A DNA stretch of 47,495 bases from an uncultured Clostridia bacterium (GTDB taxonomy: Bacteria; Bacillota; Clostridia; TANB77; CAG-508): contig CALXJR010000002.1 of the NCBI GenBank assembly GCA_944388675.1, positions 1 through 47,495 on the forward strand, read 5' to 3'. A model generated the notes under the pieces. That model was not told the origin of the DNA. It did no database searches and saw only the letters and a list, made by a program, of their open reading frames with translations. Below are positions 15,001 to 19,629 of the stretch, piece by piece; positions within the stretch are counted from its first letter, which is position 1; each line of letters starts with the position of its first letter. The translations under genes and the position numbers were made by a program.

Positions 15001-15450
15001 TATGTAATTATCAGCTAATTCTTCATCCTTTGGTAGGTTTGTTTGTAAATAGAAGTTATCACTGTTTATGGTTATTTTGCCATCTTTTAAATAACCTTCT
15101 GTAAGGACATTTAATTCCATATACAAGGTTGCTTCTTCTCCTATTTCATTACATGTTCCTCTTATGCTTTCTGCATAGCCATCTCCGTCAAGATCTCTTA
15201 AGAAAAAGGCATCAAACTTAACATTGTTTGTTTCTTCTAAGTCTTCGTCTCCGTCTTGTACTTGCTCATATTCCATGCTTCTTGCAATTTCTGGGCTTAA
15301 GCTTGCTAAATTGTTATTTCTATTTAGCATGAACACGGCTAGTATTGTAGCTAATGCAACTATTGCAGTTGTTCCTATTGCTATTACTTTTTTATTTAGC
15401 TTTTTTCCTTTCTTGTTTTTTAGTTGTGTGTTTTGATTTTTCTCTTTCAT
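1..15450 (-). CDS. Giant (>5,150 aa) cell-surface adhesin-like multidomain protein. The N-terminal part is in the window and the C-terminus lies beyond the left edge. Absent from the supplied ORF track.
   Basis: ATG at 15450-15448 with GGAGG (15458-15462) 7 nt upstream. 15450 = 3 x 5150 and the frame reaches position 1 without a stop. The track lists no minus-strand ORF at all in 1-15450, which is what an ORF with no in-window stop looks like. All + ORFs there are Leu/Phe-rich antisense artefacts. Hand translation of the N-terminus gives [42 protein letters not shown] (basic stretch plus hydrophobic helix). More than 12 sampled segments give coherent modules, e.g. [27 protein letters not shown] (Cna-B-like), [15 protein letters not shown]...IEVIYYY (MucBP-like) and [30 protein letters not shown] (DUF11-like). 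Confidence 0.9.
   Translation of the reverse strand, partial: [5150 protein letters not shown]
100..1000 (-). repeat. Four tandem MucBP-like domains at the window-proximal end of the giant CDS
   Basis: Translated: [15 protein letters not shown]...[24 protein letters not shown]...[24 protein letters not shown]...[25 protein letters not shown]...IEVIYYYRK. Confidence 0.7.
3000..4400 (-). repeat. Four tandem DUF11-like ('conserved repeat domain') modules of ~125 aa inside the giant CDS
   Basis: Period is ~370-390 nt. Each unit carries the signature G(D/E)xIxYTIxxxNxGxxxxxxVxVxDxIPEGTxFVxGS. Example: [38 protein letters not shown] (about 3110-3230), and the verified frame at 3600-3481. Confidence 0.7.
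5400..6600 (-). repeat. Second, divergent array of ~6 repeats of ~65 aa (beta-propeller-like) inside the giant CDS
   Basis: Translated units of the type ..TIPAExTxSGExIxLxxxxxxGxxIxYNxEGKxxW.., e.g. [36 protein letters not shown] (verified in frame at 5829-5761). Confidence 0.55.
6600..8290 (-). repeat. Mixed block of ~4 Cna-B-like and 2 MucBP-like (IVHHY..EG..) domains inside the giant CDS
   Basis: Translated segments: [22 protein letters not shown]...[48 protein letters not shown]...[24 protein letters not shown]...[38 protein letters not shown]. Boundaries are approximate. Confidence 0.65.
8610..11060 (-). repeat. Array of 13 tandem ~60-66 aa beta-propeller-like repeats (coding) inside the giant CDS
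   Basis: The + strand motif cctcctactatgta.cctccatc recurs every ~180-200 nt (near 10983, 10790, 10590, 10405, 10228, 10040, 9845, 9660, 9478, 9290, 9100, 8910, 8690). Translated unit: [61 protein letters not shown]. Confidence 0.8.
11100..12530 (-). repeat. About 4 tandem Cna-B/SpaA-type (prealbumin-like) domains inside the giant CDS
   Basis: Hand translation gives [22 protein letters not shown]...[30 protein letters not shown] and similar units (..[31 protein letters not shown]; ..[27 protein letters not shown]). This is the classic xTDxxGxxxxxxLxxGxYxxxExxAPxGY signature. Boundaries are approximate. Confidence 0.7.
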
Positions 15451-15891
15451 GTGTTTACCTCCAAAATTTATTTTGAATTAGCTTTATCTATGTTATCGCT
15501 ATATTTTAGCGTTATTACAAAAATTCAGACAATTTCCTACTTATATATAATAAATAATATATTCTTATAATTTTATTGTAAATATAGCTATTTCTAAGTA
15601 TTTAAACTTTGCTTGCGGAACCTCATTTTTAGACTTTTTTTAAATTTTTATTACATTTTTGTTACTTTTTTAGATCTTTTTTGCTACTTTACTAGGGAAT
15701 ACTAGTGTTTATAGTTTTTATTTATTTATGTATACCGTTTATTTCTATTATACTTACATTGATTTTTAGAGTAAATATAAAATGGGTTGGTAATTTTTAG
15801 TAAGCTTGTAAACTAAATAGTAATGCTACTTTGTAGTTTTTGGTAATTTCTGTTTATACTTTTTTTAATTGGTTTTTAGGCATAAAAATGC

Positions 15892-15924
15892 AAAAAAATA
15901 CACGCTAATTGTTTTATTAGCATG
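15892..15924 (-). terminator. Rho-independent terminator downstream of the AbiE operon
   Basis: On the minus strand, catgctaat-aaaaca-attagcgtg forms a 9-bp stem with one G-U pair. It is followed by tattttttt (T7). Confidence 0.55.
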
Positions 15925-16060
15925 TATTTATTTTTATTATTGTAAACCTTGTTTTTTTATGTTTACTGATATTCAACATTACATTAAGCCATACACTCGT
16001 TTATTCATCTAATTTGTAGGTTTTGTAACAATTACTTTAAATTTCAAATGAATATATTTT

Positions 16061-17020
16061 TTATTTGTTATTTAACTTCCATAGTATCATTGGATGTACT
16101 TTTACCCTTTCTATTATTTCTTTATCATTAAATATTATTTCTGGTTCAAAAATTCCATTTTGAAACTTATTATAAAATTCATTTACATTGCTGTCTATTA
16201 CCAATATATCCTTTAAATATTTTCCTACATCTTTTTTCATTTCATCAAGATTAATTTTTCTAGGATTCATATCTCTTAATGTTGGTAAAAGCTTTGTTAC
16301 TATGTCTTGTCTTTTTATTTTTTCGATATTTTCAATCTTCATTTGTTCAAGTTTATATCCACAAATAGCTATGTATTCTAACATAAAACATTGCTTTAAT
16401 AATTGTTTTTCTTCTTTATCAAATAAATCATATTTACTTAGTGTATATACGTCAAACAAATCTCTTGCAGTTGTTCTATCTAATAAAGCACATATTTTAG
16501 TTGCATATATTTCTATCGGATTTAAACAATGGATTATGAATTGATTATTAATAAATACATCTGTATTTACTTTCATTTTTTTCGTTTTAAGAATATGTAC
16601 TCTATCCATAAAGTTTATTTCAATTTTTATATTGTCTATATTACCTTTTATATCAATATATTCTGCAATAATAGAATCTAACGCATGGACATTTTTGGAT
16701 TTTTCCAAATTAATTCTGTAATTATTCGCAATTAAATACCTAACTAGTACATTATGTATTTTTTCTCGTTCTTTTAGCATTTGTTCCTTTTTTATATTTT
16801 GTGTAAAATCTAAATCAATATCAACCGATAGTCTTGGAAAATTAAATACTGCTGTATTTATAGCTGTTCCACCTTTCAGTGCTAATAAATCTTTTAAGTC
16901 TGGTCTGCTATTGATCCATTCTAGAACATTTAATAATCTATATACTTTTTCCAAAGTTGACCTTATAAAACCCGTTTCTTTTGCTAATTTTATTATATAT
17001 TCCTTATAATTTTCTACCAA
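16061..17020 (-). CDS. abiEii: AbiEii/AbiGii-family nucleotidyltransferase toxin (type IV TA, DUF1814)
   Basis: 319 aa. Motif LKGGTAINTAVFNFPRLSVDIDLDF is typical of the family. It has a TTG start with AGAGGAAGG upstream and overlaps the upstream partner gene by 7 nt. Confidence 0.75.
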   Translation of the reverse strand: MVENYKEYIIKLAKETGFIRSTLEKVYRLLNVLEWINSRPDLKDLLALKGGTAINTAVFNFPRLSVDIDLDFTQNIKKEQMLKEREKIHNVLVRYLIANNYRINLEKSKNVHALDSIIAEYIDIKGNIDNIKIEINFMDRVHILKTKKMKVNTDVFINNQFIIHCLNPIEIYATKICALLDRTTARDLFDVYTLSKYDLFDKEEKQLLKQCFMLEYIAICGYKLEQMKIENIEKIKRQDIVTKLLPTLRDMNPRKINLDEMKKDVGKYLKDILVIDSNVNEFYNKFQNGIFEPEIIFNDKEIIERVKVHPMILWKLNNK

Positions 17021-17766
17021 AACAAAGTCCTTCCTCTCATTAAATAAATCTCTGGAACAATTAAATTCCAGTTAGATATAAATTTATTTTTTATTCTTTT
17101 TGTTTCATCATCAAAATAATAATGAGTATTACACAAATTTTCATGACATTCTTGTATCGTCTCTTCTTCTATTCCTAACTTATCCTTAAATAATTCAAGT
17201 ACAAAACCTGCTTTAGCATACAATTTTTTTGAATTGTAATACTTTAAATATTCTTTTATTTTTTTATTGTCTAAACTACCAATAAGTTCTAAACACATTA
17301 TTAATTCTTCATTTCCTCCTGCCAAATCTGTTCTATTTATATTATCTAATACAGTTCTTTCTTTATCAGTTATACGGACTTTTCCTTCTTGTACTATTCC
17401 AAAATCATATTTATTTTTTATAAATTCATATGAATATCCATCAAACTCAAAATTTTCAAATTTCTTTCGACTTGAAATATAAACTACATAAAATACTTGA
17501 TTTTTCACTCCATAATAGTCAAATGCAGAATGATATGATACAAAAGAATCGTTTTGTATTTTAGAGCCAATCATATATTGATCTGGTATAACAAGTCCAT
17601 ACTCCAAATCACATACAGCATATAAATTATATTTTATTCTTTTTATATATTCTTCTTTCAACATTCTTTGTATTAAACTTTTTGATGAGTTTTCATTATG
17701 TGTTATATTATTTACATCTTGCATATTGAACACTTTTAACTTTAATAATTCCTTATAGTTTTTCAT
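17014..17766 (-). CDS. abiEi: AbiEi-family antitoxin / transcriptional regulator (type IV TA)
   Basis: 250 aa. It sits immediately upstream of, and overlaps, the AbiEii-like gene. Size and position fit AbiEi. The family call rests mainly on synteny plus general sequence resemblance. Confidence 0.6.
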   Translation of the reverse strand: MKNYKELLKLKVFNMQDVNNITHNENSSKSLIQRMLKEEYIKRIKYNLYAVCDLEYGLVIPDQYMIGSKIQNDSFVSYHSAFDYYGVKNQVFYVVYISSRKKFENFEFDGYSYEFIKNKYDFGIVQEGKVRITDKERTVLDNINRTDLAGGNEELIMCLELIGSLDNKKIKEYLKYYNSKKLYAKAGFVLELFKDKLGIEEETIQECHENLCNTHYYFDDETKRIKNKFISNWNLIVPEIYLMRGRTLFW

Positions 17767-17841
17767 AATACCCCCATTTTTGTATTTATATAATCATTAT
17801 TAGTGTTTTAAATTACATACTAAATTGTTAATTTTAAATAC

Positions 17842-17870
17842 ATTGTAACATTTTTTTATTTGATTTTCAA
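17842..17870 (-). promoter_or_regulatory. Sigma-A type promoter of the abiEi-abiEii operon
   Basis: Minus strand reads TTGAAA - 17 nt - TACAAT, with TG at the extended -10 position (..aaatgtTACAAT). Confidence 0.55.
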
Positions 17871-18660
17871 GTATTGTTATTTGCTTTAGTATTTTGTTTA
17901 GCTATTATAGTATTTAATATTGCATATTATACATATAATTATCAATACCTATTTAAAATCAATGTAACTTTTAGTCATATGAATACCTTTTTAAAATATA
18001 AATTTACTACGAGAACTTTTTAGTTCTCGTAGTTTTGGAATTCTTAATCTCACCAAATTTTTTCTTAAAATATTTTGTTGCATTATTTTAAATATAATAT
18101 AATATAAGGATTTTTTATGTAAGGCAGTACCCATAAAGTACTGCCTTAATACTAGGTATAGTTTGCTTTTTAAGTAAAATAAAATAGGGGATTTATATTT
18201 TATTTATATTTGTACTCATCAATTCAAAAAAACATTATCACCTCCTAAAACTGGTATAAGAGTTAACATTAATTTTTTTATTTCACTATGGGGGAATAGT
18301 TGAAAAACGTTCTTATGTATACTTTATAAATCTTTCGTAAACTTCAAACTAAATTTTCTTTAGAATTTCTAGATGCAAAATAATCAATTTAAAAGAATAG
18401 AGACTCTTTAAAATTTTTAATATCGATATTAATTCATCTGAATAAATAAGCTTGTACAAGTTTGTAAGTAAATTGTTTTATAAAACTAGAATAATAATAG
18501 CACGTAAATGGCCATTTATCAAGCTTTTTCGTACTTCTTATTTTTACATTTTTCTTTTATTTTTTTGTTTTTTTCTTGGATAAAATATATCATTTTATTA
18601 CATTTTGCATTAATTTGTAAATTTATAAATTTTTATACTTATTACTATTTTTTCAAAGTA

Positions 18661-18689
18661 TTGATAATTAAACTTTTGTAGAGTATAAT
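18661..18689 (+). promoter_or_regulatory. Sigma-A type promoter for the metallophosphoesterase/uridylyltransferase genes
   Basis: TTGATA (18661-18666) - 17 nt - TATAAT (18684-18689). Confidence 0.55.
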
Positions 18690-18817
18690 ATTTAAAGTTA
18701 TTAGATTAAAATGTTGAAAATTACTTTTTAGCAATCCATTTCTGTAAGATTTTGAATCTAACAAAAAATTAAGGAAGGAGAAATGATGTTAGTTTTATCT
18801 AACATCTACTAGGAATC

Positions 18818-19612
18818 ATGGAGCGTATTGCAATAATTTCGGATGTACATGCTAATATTGTAGCACTTGATACAGTTCTAGAAGATATTACCAAAAGAAA
18901 TATATCTAGGATTTTTTGTCTTGGAGATAGTGTTACTAAATGTCCTAATCCAGACCTCGTTATAGACAAGCTTAGAGAAAAGTGTGAAGTTATGTTAAAA
19001 GGAAATTGTGATGATATTATTTGCAAGCCTTCACCTGATGCTCAAAGATTTTGGTCTAGAAGAAAAATTGGCGAAGAAAGAGCAAATTATATATATAATC
19101 TTCCTATAAGTTTTGATTTTTATATGAGTGGAAGATTAATCAGACTATTTCATGCTTCTCCACAGAGTCTTTTTCATATATTTAATCCAATGTTTTCAAA
19201 TGCAGAAAATTCACATGCTGATATAGAAATTAAAGATCCTATGGATTTATTTGAAAATACGGAGTTTATTGGAAAGACAAAGGATTCTCCAATACCAGAT
19301 GTAGTAGGTTATGGTCATATTCACACTCCAAACATTTTTAGATTTAAAAATAAACTTGTATTTAATACTGGGAGTGTTGGAATGCCAGTAGAAATGGAAA
19401 ATACTAAAAATGCTGATAGTACAAGTAAGTTTTCTACTCTTTCTTCATATATTATATTAGAAGGTGAATATGGATCTAAAAATCTATCTTCATTTTCTGT
19501 AACTCTTGTTAGGCTACCATATGACATTCAAAAAGAAATAGACTATTTAAATAAATCTGATATGCCTGGCAAGGAAAATTTGATTTGCAGTTTAAAAACT
19601 GCATGTTCTTAA
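18818..19612 (+). CDS. Calcineurin-like metallophosphoesterase
   Basis: 264 aa. Motifs: IAIISDVHAN, CLGD, GNCD, GHIH. Confidence 0.75.
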   Translation: MERIAIISDVHANIVALDTVLEDITKRNISRIFCLGDSVTKCPNPDLVIDKLREKCEVMLKGNCDDIICKPSPDAQRFWSRRKIGEERANYIYNLPISFDFYMSGRLIRLFHASPQSLFHIFNPMFSNAENSHADIEIKDPMDLFENTEFIGKTKDSPIPDVVGYGHIHTPNIFRFKNKLVFNTGSVGMPVEMENTKNADSTSKFSTLSSYIILEGEYGSKNLSSFSVTLVRLPYDIQKEIDYLNKSDMPGKENLICSLKTACS

Positions 19613-19629
19613 ACAAATGAGGTGTATTT

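Noticed and set aside
210-15436. About 45 + strand ORFs of 60-173 aa listed in the track across the first 15.4 kb
   Set aside because: All are Leu/Phe/Ser/Cys-rich low-complexity translations with no SD. They are the antisense shadow of the continuous minus-strand giant CDS.
15451-16060. Possible invertible (phase-variable) promoter switch upstream of the giant adhesin gene
   Set aside because: I looked for flanking inverted repeats of 10 nt or more and found only short ones (e.g. actag/ctagt) and short direct repeats (ttggtaattt x2). No recombinase gene is adjacent. The evidence is insufficient.
16188-16544. + strand 118-aa ORF; likewise 17267-17482, 22137-22682, 23680-24180, 25128-26169, 26344-27396, 27750-28434, 38138-38554, 38605-38799 (minus), 40353-40967 and 41342-41656
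   Set aside because: Each lies entirely antisense to (or overlaps) a confidently identified gene, lacks an SD, and has the low-complexity composition typical of antisense frames in A/T-rich DNA.
18508-18681. 57-aa + strand ORF (MAIYQAFSYFLFLHFSFIFLFF...) in the 1-kb intergenic region
   Set aside because: It has no SD, and its Phe/Leu/Tyr-rich composition derives from T-runs. It is most likely a chance ORF.
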